Shown piece by piece: positions 42,025 to 51,185 of a stretch of DNA of 64,000 nucleotides; positions within the stretch are counted from its first letter, which is position 1, and each line of letters begins with the position of its first letter. Location: contig CBDFMQ010000002.1 in the NCBI GenBank assembly GCA_965249725.1, forward strand, positions 896,001 through 960,000, read 5' to 3'. Below the pieces are notes generated by a model. The model ran no database searches. It was not told where the DNA came from and was given only the letters and a program-made list of their open reading frames with translations. A program made the position numbers and the translations under genes. The stretch is from Longimicrobiales bacterium (GTDB lineage: Bacteria; Gemmatimonadota; Gemmatimonadetes; Longimicrobiales; Gaopeijiaceae).

Positions 42025-43152
42025 TCAGTCTCCCCAGATCTCCGTGCTCGGCACGAAGGTGGCCCAGGCGAACCAGAAGGAGACGTATGCTTCGGCAATC
42101 ATCTCCAACCTCGCGCCCTCCAACGAACCGGAGACGGCCACGCCCTCGAATGTCCACTCGCTCTCGGTCTCGACGTCGACGATGACATCTCCGCGTGCCT
42201 CGAAGGTGATGTTGGAGCCACCGTAGGTGGGTCTGAACCCGACCGCAGCCTGTGCATCGCCGTCCCAGAACACCACGGCGGGTCGTCCGCGAGCAGGGTG
42301 GTGGACGACCCTAATCCGCTCTCCATTGTCCAGAGTGCCGAACGGGAAGGCGACCGCGCCTCCGACCACCTCACCATCGTGAACGACGGGCGGGAATCCC
42401 AGCACGCGCTCCTTGGGCTGGCGCCGCGAGTCGATCGTGCCGTGTGGGTAGAGGAGCGTCGCGTTGGACGGGGCTTCGTACCCACCGTACGGGTAGCGCC
42501 GATAATCACGCGTATGTCCTGTGTCGTCGTTGATCACCAACGTCGCCGGGTGGAGGCTCCGCCATGCCTTCCAGCTCATCTCCATGGCCGGGTACATCGC
42601 GAGCATCTGACCGTTCTGAGGGCCGCAACGTGCACCGCTCATCATCTGAGGCCAAAGAGAGGAATCGTCCCTGCGCTCGAACATCACCAAATTGTTGTTG
42701 AACAGCAGGCCCGATACCCCGAATTCGGCTCCGCTCACGGATCTACGGTCGAAGGCCATGCTCGACCCCGTCAACGGGCAGTAGGTGACCGCGAGGGGAA
42801 TCCCCAGGGAGTTGAAGTTCACGATCTCGTGCCACCACAGAATGTTGTGGGGTACGGCGACGTACGTGCCCCCGATCTCGATGCCGATGATGCGGTCCTC
42901 GTCGCGGAGGTAGCCCAAACCCGGCCCATCCACGGGCACCAGATTGGGATCACTGAGAGCCGGAATCCCGTCCCGTTGCACGCCGGTGGCGAAGAGGAGC
43001 TCTTGGGGAATGCTGCAGATCAGAGCCGTCCCGGTGTCGGGATCGTTTGGACTCACGACACCCGATGGGCCCTGGTCCGATGAACAGCTCCAAGTAGCGA
43101 GGGGCGCCAGGAGGGCGACGATTGCGGTGAGCCGATGATCTTGTATGGTCAC
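42025..43152 (-). CDS. DUF3179 domain lipoprotein
   Basis: DGIPAL..P, HEIVN, TYCPLTGS, FGVSGLL, S.W.Q, FWFAW; GTG start inferred. Confidence 0.85.
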   Translation of the reverse strand: MTIQDHRLTAIVALLAPLATWSCSSDQGPSGVVSPNDPDTGTALICSIPQELLFATGVQRDGIPALSDPNLVPVDGPGLGYLRDEDRIIGIEIGGTYVAVPHNILWWHEIVNFNSLGIPLAVTYCPLTGSSMAFDRRSVSGAEFGVSGLLFNNNLVMFERRDDSSLWPQMMSGARCGPQNGQMLAMYPAMEMSWKAWRSLHPATLVINDDTGHTRDYRRYPYGGYEAPSNATLLYPHGTIDSRRQPKERVLGFPPVVHDGEVVGGAVAFPFGTLDNGERIRVVHHPARGRPAVVFWDGDAQAAVGFRPTYGGSNITFEARGDVIVDVETESEWTFEGVAVSGSLEGARLEMIAEAYVSFWFAWATFVPSTEIWGD

Positions 43153-43333
43153 GAGTCTTCGCTCTTCGAACGCGGGTAAAGCTCTGCGTGGAGCTGGTGG
43201 TGCCCCGTGTGGGAACCCGTGAGGACGGACTCCGAGTTCCCTTAAACCTACCCGATCCCGAATCTCCATGCCGGAGCCTCTATGCCTCGCGGAGCTGCCC
43301 GACGATGGCTCGGCCTCGACCCCGAAGCCACGC

Positions 43334-43693
43334 CTAGAGGCCCAACTCCTTCCGGAGACTCGCCTCTCGCCGATTCAGCGCCATAGCGATGAAGACGGCC
43401 CATATCACGTAGCCGCCACCGGCCCAATAGAGGGCTTCCACGCCCATCCATGTGAACCACATGAAGGGCCATAGGGACGCCATCACCGTATTCACGATCG
43501 ACTCGATCGCGAACGTGAGCAGCTCGCTGACGAGAAAGTCCTCGACGTCCGCGGCTTGGGCGATGGACTCGGCGAGGCTGGCGATCTCCAGATAGACGAA
43601 CGTCCCGACGGCCAGGAGGGCGTAGTACCCTCCTCCGTGCTTTCGCCAGAGCTTTCCGACGGCTCCACCGCCGCCTTCGTCGGTCTTCGCCAT
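43334..43693 (-). CDS. Small hypothetical membrane protein
   Basis: ATG 43693 with GGAG RBS; 2-3 TM. Confidence 0.6.
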   Translation of the reverse strand: MAKTDEGGGGAVGKLWRKHGGGYYALLAVGTFVYLEIASLAESIAQAADVEDFLVSELLTFAIESIVNTVMASLWPFMWFTWMGVEALYWAGGGYVIWAVFIAMALNRREASLRKELGL

Positions 43694-43929
43694 GCTCACT
43701 CCGGATGACCTCTGGGGTCGTCCCGACCTCAACGCCGGAACACGGAGAGTATCTTGCCACCCTGCCAAGGCGAGATCCAGGGGCAACTGCGAACACGCGC
43801 CCTCCCCTCCCTCCACGACGACGATGGGCCGCTCGCCTTGCGATCCTCTCCCGCGGCGCCAAGACTGCAAAGTCGGGTAGGCGCACGACACTCATCGGGG
43901 CGTTGAGTTCGTCGATTTCGGAGGTCGTC

Positions 43930-45114
43930 ATGATCAGGAAGAGCCATGTGTCACGCCGAGGGTTCGTGGGCGGAGCTGCCGCCGCGTTGGGCTATCTCGG
44001 CGTCAAGCCCGGAGCCGATCTGTGGGCCGAGGGCCTCGGTGACCTGACCACACCCCCGCTCCCCCAGCAGGAGTTCGATTTCGACTCCTATGCCCGTCTC
44101 GGGGCCAACGAGAACCCGTACGGCCCTTCGGAGTCGGTGCTGGAGGCCATGACTCGGGCCTTCAAATACTCGAACACCTACGGAGATCCGGGAGAGGACC
44201 TGCAGTCGGCCATCGCGGAGCGTGACGGCGTGGAGCGGGAAAACATCATGACCACCGCCGGATCGGGTGAAGTCCTCGAGGTCGTGGGCCTAACGTTCCT
44301 CGGACCCGGCAAGAAAGTCGTGGGCGTCGAGCCTTCCTACAGTCAGGTCTACCGGCACGCCACCAGTATCAAAGCCGAAGCGATCACGCTGCCGCTTCTC
44401 GACGACTATCGGCAGCACATCCCTTCGATGATCGAGACCACTCGTGCGAACTACCGTGACGTGGGCTTCGTGTACCTTTGCAACCCCAACAATCCGACGG
44501 GTCGCACGGTCAGCGCCGCAGAGGTGGAGGAACTCCTCGACGGTATCCCAGAGGACGTCCCCGTTCTGATCGACGAGGCGTACCATCACTTCGTGCAGGA
44601 TCCCTCCTACGCCACGGCTATTCCGCATGTACTCGAGGGACGCCCCGTAATCGTGGCCAGGACGTTCTCCAAGATCTATGGGATGGCGGGCATACGACTC
44701 GGCTACGCCGTCGCCACCCCCGAGATGATCCGTCGCTTGCGCATCTACAGCACCGGAAGCGTCAGCGTCATCTCAGACTGGGCCGGAGTGGCGTCCCTCA
44801 AGGACCGAGAGAGCGAGGAGAGGGTCAAGCGGATCACGATCGAGTTGCGGGACAAGACTACGGCCGAGCTGGAGGCCATGGGCCACAGCGTGATTCCCTC
44901 CGAGACCAATTTCTTCATGGTACACATCGGCCGCTCGGTCCAAGAGGTGCGGGACGAGTTCCGGAAGAAGGGCATTCAAGTCGGTCGTCCCTTCCCGCCC
45001 ATGTTGGAGCACCTCAGGGTATCGGTCGGTAACGAGGACGACATGAACCGATTCATGAAGGCGTTCAAGGAGATCTTTCCCGCGTCGACAACGGATGCGG
45101 GTTCGGACTCGTAG
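43930..45114 (+). CDS. Tat-signal PLP aminotransferase class I/II (HisC-like)
   Basis: SRRGFV, NENPYGP, CNPNNPTG, DEAY, RTFSKIYGMAGIRLGY; GGAGG RBS. Confidence 0.9.
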   Translation: MIRKSHVSRRGFVGGAAAALGYLGVKPGADLWAEGLGDLTTPPLPQQEFDFDSYARLGANENPYGPSESVLEAMTRAFKYSNTYGDPGEDLQSAIAERDGVERENIMTTAGSGEVLEVVGLTFLGPGKKVVGVEPSYSQVYRHATSIKAEAITLPLLDDYRQHIPSMIETTRANYRDVGFVYLCNPNNPTGRTVSAAEVEELLDGIPEDVPVLIDEAYHHFVQDPSYATAIPHVLEGRPVIVARTFSKIYGMAGIRLGYAVATPEMIRRLRIYSTGSVSVISDWAGVASLKDRESEERVKRITIELRDKTTAELEAMGHSVIPSETNFFMVHIGRSVQEVRDEFRKKGIQVGRPFPPMLEHLRVSVGNEDDMNRFMKAFKEIFPASTTDAGSDS

Positions 45115-45139
45115 GGATTCCCGTAGGTGGAGGTGTGCC

Positions 45140-46303
45140 ATGAACCGCCCGTTTGCTGTAGCCATATTCGGTGGCGGCCTCGCCGCCCTGGCGCTCGCCT
45201 GTCAGCCCGGAGGCGACGGTTCTGGAGGGAGTGATCAGGCCGGGGGCTCGACGAGTAGGGCCGCCGAGGTGGACCTCGCTCCGTGGGCCGACCGGATCGC
45301 GGCCATCCACGAGTCCACCGTCTTCGCCGACGTCCAGGCGCATCCCAGCCGCTTTCACCGAGGCAATGTGGAGCGGGTGGCTCCCGAGGAACTCGAGCTG
45401 TTTCGCCGAGGAACCATGGACCTCGTGGTGGCGAAGGTCAGCACCGACGCACCCTACACCGGCAACTACGTTCTTCGAGACGGCACAGAGGTGCCGGCCG
45501 GTCAGTACCACCCTGCTCCCGGAGAGCCCTGGGCGTTCCTTCTGGACCGCTTCGGACGACTCCTCAAGACCATCGAGGACGGAGATGCACTCCTGGCCCG
45601 GAGCCCTGCCGACGTCTACGAGGCGCGCGAACGAGGCATGGTCGCGTTCCTACCCGGAATGGAGGGCTCCGACGGTCTGGAAGGGCGCTTGGACCACTTC
45701 CAGGAGATCCACGAGCGGGGGTTGGGCGTTCTGCAGCTGGTCCACACACGGCCCAACGAGCTCGCACACACCCGCCACTTCCCCTACTCGCCGGGTGGCC
45801 TGACCGAGTTTGGGCGGGACGTGATCCGTGAAGCCAATCGCCTCGGGGTGATCATCGACGTCTGTCATTCGAATACCCGGACCATGCGTGAAGTCGCCGA
45901 GTTGTCCCAAGACCCGATGATCTTCAGCCATACCGGCGTACAAGCCCTCTATGATCAAGAGGGCTACCTCACGGACGAAGAGATCGAGCTCATCGCCTCG
46001 ACCGGAGGGGTCATCGCGCTCTCACCCATGGGCATGACGTTGCCGACCATGGAGGAATACATGAGCCACATCGACTACGTGGCGGACCTGGTCGGCGTGG
46101 ATCACGTCGCGATTGGAAGCGACCTCCGGGGCGTGCCGTCCTACACAGAGGGCTTCGGCGACGACGCGAACTACCATGCGATTGCCGCGGCGTTGATGGA
46201 GCGGGGTTACTCGGATGAGGACGTCGGCAAGATCATGGGAGCGAACTTCTTCCGGGTGTGGCAGGAGGTGCTGGGCGACGAAGGCTCTTCAGGGAGCGAC
46301 TAG
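45140..46303 (+). CDS. Membrane dipeptidase (M19-like) lipoprotein
   Basis: ALAC lipobox, GLTEFG..VI...N.LG..ID..H, SHTG, GVDHVAIGSD, GANF.RV. Confidence 0.85.
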   Translation: MNRPFAVAIFGGGLAALALACQPGGDGSGGSDQAGGSTSRAAEVDLAPWADRIAAIHESTVFADVQAHPSRFHRGNVERVAPEELELFRRGTMDLVVAKVSTDAPYTGNYVLRDGTEVPAGQYHPAPGEPWAFLLDRFGRLLKTIEDGDALLARSPADVYEARERGMVAFLPGMEGSDGLEGRLDHFQEIHERGLGVLQLVHTRPNELAHTRHFPYSPGGLTEFGRDVIREANRLGVIIDVCHSNTRTMREVAELSQDPMIFSHTGVQALYDQEGYLTDEEIELIASTGGVIALSPMGMTLPTMEEYMSHIDYVADLVGVDHVAIGSDLRGVPSYTEGFGDDANYHAIAAALMERGYSDEDVGKIMGANFFRVWQEVLGDEGSSGSD

Positions 46304-46416
46304 GAGCCTCACATCGGCCGCTCTCTAGGGGCCGCTACGTAGGATTACGTATGCCCCCCTAACCGTCATACCCACAGCTTGCGTGCATCGAGTACCCGCC
46401 ACATAGGAGGTGCACC

Positions 46417-46887
46417 TTGAAACGCTTGCATGGCTTCATCCTCGTCGTCGCGACCCTTCTGACAACCGCAGGGTGCGGAGACGACCCGACCGAACCCGTC
46501 GCTGCCGTGTGCCCTGCGGAAACCACCTCGGTCACAGCGACGGCTACGAGCGGGCAATCGGTGGTCTTTGATTGGACCCCTAGGTGCCCTGTGGCGATGG
46601 TGCTCGTCGAGGGCGACAACGGTGACGTGTGGTTGATCGCTGCCGATGAGGGCGAGAACAACGTTTGGGATGGTCCCGAGGAGGCCAATCTCATCCTGCC
46701 ACCGGTGACCTATGGGGTGGTACCCGCAGTTGGGGGTCTTCTTCAGACCTGGGGACCCGAGCCCTTGGTGGCGGGCGAAACGTATGACCTCGTCCTCTGG
46801 CGGGTCTTGCCCGCTGGTAGCACAGCTCGATGTCAGTGGAACTTGGAGAATAGCTGCCTGGTCGCTGTCCGGCCGTTCACAAGGTGA
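46417..46887 (+). CDS. Hypothetical lipoprotein
   Basis: AGGAG RBS, TAGC lipobox. Confidence 0.65.
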   Translation: MKRLHGFILVVATLLTTAGCGDDPTEPVAAVCPAETTSVTATATSGQSVVFDWTPRCPVAMVLVEGDNGDVWLIAADEGENNVWDGPEEANLILPPVTYGVVPAVGGLLQTWGPEPLVAGETYDLVLWRVLPAGSTARCQWNLENSCLVAVRPFTR

Positions 46888-47714
46888 GGGTCATGAGCGG
46901 AGGGTCGGGTCTGAAGCCTCGCGATGTTGGGCTAGGGTGGATATGTGTACTGGTTGGACTCTCGCTCTACGGCTGTGCGGGGGTCTCACGCGTCGCGACC
47001 CTGCCGCCTGACGCCGGGGTCCTCGCCAGCTACGACGCCTCGATCGAAGAGGTCGTTGAGATCGTGCCACAGGCACTGGCTGCTGTCGGGCAGACGGAGG
47101 TCGAGCGCAGCCGCCCTGATTCCTCGTCCTTCGTCTTGTTCGGCAGTCGAGGGCTCAAACGCTGGGGCTGGGGCGAGGTTTCGCGCACCCGTGCCGCGAT
47201 CCGAGACGAAGGTGGTGCGGACGTGCTGATCGCGACTCGCCCACGCGACCTGTTCGGGGTGTGGCCAGCAACGAGTCAATCACTGCGCGTCATCGGTGAG
47301 ATGGACAGACTGCTGGGGCCGGAGGCGGTTGTCCTTGCCGGCGGAGATCGCGTCAGAGGGGTGGACGCCCGGGGTAACCAGAGTGAAGGGACCCTCATCG
47401 CGGGTACGCTCGGCGGCTTGGTCCTTGCACGAGGCGGTGGTGAGTCGGAGCAGTTACCGCTGGATTCGTACACACAACTAGAGGTCCTCCGAGGCACGTA
47501 CAGCCATGCCCAAGAAGGCGCAGCCATCGGCTTTGCGCTTGGCGCCCTCCCTTGGCTGGCCGCGATCGGGTTGTGTCTTGATTGGGAGGAAGGTGACTCG
47601 TCGAGCTTGTGTGGCAGATCCTGGACCTACTGGACTCCGGTGGTCGGCGGAGTTGTGGGCGGATTGATCGGAAGTGTGTTCCGAACGGCGGTGTGGAGCA
47701 GAGCGGGAAGCTGA
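46884..47714 (+). CDS. Hypothetical lipoprotein with C-terminal Gly-zipper-like region
   Basis: LYGC lipobox; C-terminal half resembles 56252-56827. Confidence 0.65.
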   Translation: MRVMSGGSGLKPRDVGLGWICVLVGLSLYGCAGVSRVATLPPDAGVLASYDASIEEVVEIVPQALAAVGQTEVERSRPDSSSFVLFGSRGLKRWGWGEVSRTRAAIRDEGGADVLIATRPRDLFGVWPATSQSLRVIGEMDRLLGPEAVVLAGGDRVRGVDARGNQSEGTLIAGTLGGLVLARGGGESEQLPLDSYTQLEVLRGTYSHAQEGAAIGFALGALPWLAAIGLCLDWEEGDSSSLCGRSWTYWTPVVGGVVGGLIGSVFRTAVWSRAGS

Positions 47715-47817
47715 CCCTGATTCGGGGCGACTCTGGCGCCTCGGCTCGCACCTCAGGATCGTCTCTACGTCAGGCATGATGCAGAAGACCCCGGAGCTTC
47801 ACCCCGGGGCCAACTGT

Positions 47818-47950
47818 AGCGTCCCCGGCAGGATTGAGCTGCGGTCGCCTGCGGCGATCCTCGCTCGTCTCGGCGGTCTGCAGCCCGGTCGCACCGCGAA
47901 ATACCGACTCTGGCGCCTCGGCTCGAACCTGCGACCTACTGCTTAGGAGG
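47818..47950 (-). mobile_element. Displaced 3' half of tRNA-Arg(CCT) (att site) with an 88-bp T-loop insertion
   Basis: agcgtccccggcaggatt (47818-47835) + cgaacctgcgacctactgcttaggagg (47924-47950) match 62408-62452 apart from two T-stem changes. Confidence 0.88.
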
Positions 47951-48211
47951 ACGTGTCGAGAGGGGGCCTATCCGGCGAACCTCGCCTACTTACTGCGTTT
48001 CTCGATTCAGCCTCGCCGCCTTTTCTGTATCTTTCTTTCGCCGCCTTTCGCCGCCTTTCGCCGCCCTTCGGGACACAATCGAGACACAGTCCTACTGCGG
48101 GATCACGACTCAACCCGATACATCACTCGCGGCTCCGACTTCCCGAAGGCCAATGCAAGTCCATTGTGCATCCGGTAGTTCTGAAGGCGCTTCACGAGTT
48201 CGTCCCTCCGT

Positions 48212-48604
48212 GTGTGCATCGCGGTTACTTCCTTGGGACCACGCCGCGACCCCGATCTGCGGGCTGCGCTTGAAGCGGCAGATATCTGCACGCCCGACGG
48301 AATGCCGCTCGTCTGGGCGATGCGCTCCATGGGCACCCCCCATCAGGAGCGCCTCTACGGCCCCGACGTGATGACCACGATGCTGCAGGAGGGCATAACC
48401 CGAGGTTGGCGCCACTACTTCTACGGGTCGACTCAGGAGACGCTCGACAAGCTCCAGGCCGCCATACGCTACAGATACCCCAAGGTCGAGATCGTGGGAG
48501 TGATGTCTCCGCCATTCCGGCCATTGACCGCCACCGAAGATGAGAGCATCTCTGCGGAGAGCATCTCTGCGCGGCCCGACTTGATCTGGGTGGGGCTAGG
48601 TTGA
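48212..48604 (+). pseudogene. WecG/TagA glycosyltransferase fragment
   Basis: PDGMPLVW, R.YGPD, YFYGS, SPPFR, PDLIWVGLG then stop before the PKQE motif; N-terminus also missing. Confidence 0.85.
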
Positions 48605-48607
48605 ATT

Positions 48608-49150
48608 TCGTCGCCCGTGACCGCGGTCCTTCCTCCGAAGCAGGACGTCGTGGGCACCGGGATATCCCTAAGGCGGGGAGGGGAGGTCGCCCCAAGCTGA
48701 GCCCCCTGGGGAATCCGCGCTGCAGCGAGCGTTGAGAGAAGGAAGGGGGTCCCCCGTTTCTGCCACTTTCCACCCCGCCGCCTGCGTTCTACCTTTGCGA
48801 TCGCAAAGCCTTGTCGTGTTCGGTCCTCGTCTCCACGGGCAAGAGGGCTCAGCACGTTTTTCGGGCTTGGGCCACTCGTTCTCTCGTCGCCCGTGACCGC
48901 GGTCCTTCCTCCGAAGCAGGACGTCGTGGGCACCGGGATATCCCTAAGGCGGGGAGGGGAGGTCGCCCCAAGCTGAGCCCCCTGGGGAATCCGCGCTGCA
49001 GCGAGCGTTGAGAGAAGGAAGGGGGTCCCCCGTTTCTGCCACTTTCCACCCCGCCGCCTGCGTTCTACCTTTGCGATCGCAAAGCCTTGTCGTGTTCGGT
49101 CCTCGTCTCCACGGGCAAGAGGGCTCAGCACGTTTTTCGGGCTTGGGCCA
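48608..49150. repeat. 267-bp direct repeat x2 (period 276)
   Basis: 48608-48874 and 48884-49150 read as identical. Confidence 0.95.
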
Positions 49151-49216
49151 TTCGGTGCCGGTGGCCTTCGCATCGACTAGCTAGACCCCCTTTTTCTGGA
49201 ACTGCCCTCAAACTCC

Positions 49217-49987
49217 ATGTCGATTCCCCCTTCGACCCTCATGGCTGGACGTGTCGCCCTTGTGACTGGCGCGGGCCGCGGTCTTGGCCGGGCGATTGTC
49301 GGGAAAATGGCAGCGGCGGGTGCGAGGGGGTTGGGGCTCGAGCTCGATTCTGATCTGCTCGAAGCAGGGCTTCCCGAGGGATGGCTCGGTTTCGAGGGTG
49401 ACGTGCGCGACGAGGCATCGGTGGCGCTGGCCGTCAAAACGGTCGTGGATCGGTTCGGCCGGCTAGATGTAGCGGTGCCGAACGCCGGCCTCGTGCCGCT
49501 GTGGCGGAGCGTGGAGGACGTCGATCTCACCGAATGGGACAATGTATTCGCGGTGAACGTCCGCGGTGTGGCCGCCACGATCAAACACGCGGCCAGAGTC
49601 ATGAAGGACACCGGCGGGTCCATCGTCGCCACCGCCTCAACAAGCGCATTTCGGTCTCGGCGAGGCCAAGCCATTTATACCGCGAGTAAGCACGCAGTAC
49701 TTGGCATCGTTCGCGCTGCCGCACAGGATCTTGGACGATACGGGATTCGGGTCAATGCCCTGGCCCCGGGGCCGGTCGCGACCGAGGCCGCGCGGGAACG
49801 GATGCAACGCCGCGCGCCGATTACGGGCTTGAGTGAAGAGCAGGCACTCGAGGCCTACGCGTCGGAGACCGCACTCGGACGAATCGCCACCGTGGACGAC
49901 GTGGCCAGTACGGCGCTCTATCTCGCATCCGATCTTTCATCGGGAGTCACGGGCACGCTGGCGCCGGTGGAATGCGGCTGGGCGTAG
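49217..49987 (+). CDS. SDR family oxidoreductase
   Basis: TGAGRGLG, NAG, YTASK, IRVNALAPG. Confidence 0.92.
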   Translation: MSIPPSTLMAGRVALVTGAGRGLGRAIVGKMAAAGARGLGLELDSDLLEAGLPEGWLGFEGDVRDEASVALAVKTVVDRFGRLDVAVPNAGLVPLWRSVEDVDLTEWDNVFAVNVRGVAATIKHAARVMKDTGGSIVATASTSAFRSRRGQAIYTASKHAVLGIVRAAAQDLGRYGIRVNALAPGPVATEAARERMQRRAPITGLSEEQALEAYASETALGRIATVDDVASTALYLASDLSSGVTGTLAPVECGWA

Positions 49988-50049
49988 CCGCCGAATTACT
50001 GGAGCGAGGGTCTGGCAGAGTGCCCCGCTACTTCTGCGATTACGTCTGA

Positions 50050-51078
50050 CTACTCAAGGCTCAGAAGCCTCGCCGGATTAGTGCACATCATGGTTCGGAT
50101 GTCCTCCGACGAGAAGTCCATATCGAGAAAGCATGCTGCCCCAATCCGCATGCCCTCGACGGGCGTTGAAAGAGCCCGTATCCCGTAGTCAGAGCTGATA
50201 ATGATATGCTCGGGGCCGATTTCCCGAATCTGGTCGCCCAAACCTCGAAGATTGGGCCGGTATTTCGCGACATCAAGGACGACGTCGTACATATAGTCGG
50301 ACTCAACATAATAGTGGGTCCTTGGGATAGCCCCAGCTCCAATATACTGGGCAATCGAGTGTTCCAGATAGGCTCCTTTCTTCGCGGCCAGTTTCTGTTC
50401 CTCGATTGACAGTTCCGACACGGCGTGTCCAGCGATGACGACCTGTTTGATGCCGTAGGTACCAGCGAGGTCAACAAGCCGCATGGCCTCTTCGCCCGAG
50501 ACATGTCCCGTATTAAGATAAACGCCCGGCTGTTGAGCAATAAGTGTCAGGATCTCCTCAATCTCGGGTGGCACGGTGTCTGAAGGAATCTGGATGGCCC
50601 GGGACAATTCTTCTTCCCTGAACGCCGGATAGAGGTCCTTGAGAAGGACCGGTTTTCCATCCTTCATGCGTGCCTCGCGGGTAGCCATGAAGTGAGTCGT
50701 ATGAGTGCCAAACTGCACGAATTTCGCGCCCGAGCCGTAGTGAAGCGCCGTCTTGACGGCACGCGGATTAATTCCTCCGTAGCACGAGTTGAGTATGATT
50801 CCGCCATATACCTCGATGTCGGGCACCTGTCGCTGTACCATCCAAGCCGTCCCGCAGCTTTGAGAGAACACATCCATATAGACGATTGCGCGCATTCCAG
50901 CGGCACGAGCTTCTTCGGCGGCTTCGAATGGATCGACACGACGGGGGCTCGAACTCAAATGGGGACCAGCGTGCACGTGTATGTCGATAGCCCCTTGAAG
51001 CAATTCACTGGTAAGATCCATTGATCGTGTATGGAACGTTTCACTTTGTATTGACATGACTGCATTAACCTCCTCCAC
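50050..51078 (-). CDS. DUF6282-like amidohydrolase-fold protein
   Basis: GAIDIHVHAGP, TGHVS, ISSDYG, NPARLL; start may be a later Met. Confidence 0.75.
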   Translation of the reverse strand: MEEVNAVMSIQSETFHTRSMDLTSELLQGAIDIHVHAGPHLSSSPRRVDPFEAAEEARAAGMRAIVYMDVFSQSCGTAWMVQRQVPDIEVYGGIILNSCYGGINPRAVKTALHYGSGAKFVQFGTHTTHFMATREARMKDGKPVLLKDLYPAFREEELSRAIQIPSDTVPPEIEEILTLIAQQPGVYLNTGHVSGEEAMRLVDLAGTYGIKQVVIAGHAVSELSIEEQKLAAKKGAYLEHSIAQYIGAGAIPRTHYYVESDYMYDVVLDVAKYRPNLRGLGDQIREIGPEHIIISSDYGIRALSTPVEGMRIGAACFLDMDFSSEDIRTMMCTNPARLLSLE

Positions 51079-51185
51079 AGTCTTGGGTTATTGGATTTTG
51101 CAATGGACTGACGCCTGCCGATAAGAAGTACCTCATAAGCATCTCTGACAGACGACGAGTTTTGCGGGTCGATCTGTCCAGGCTC

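Noticed and set aside
42025..43152. Selenoprotein form of DUF3179
   Set aside because: The motif has Cys (TYCPL) and the frame has no internal TGA.
48469..49173. 234-aa ORF with internal duplication
   Set aside because: By-product of the 276-bp-period repeat; no protein-like features.
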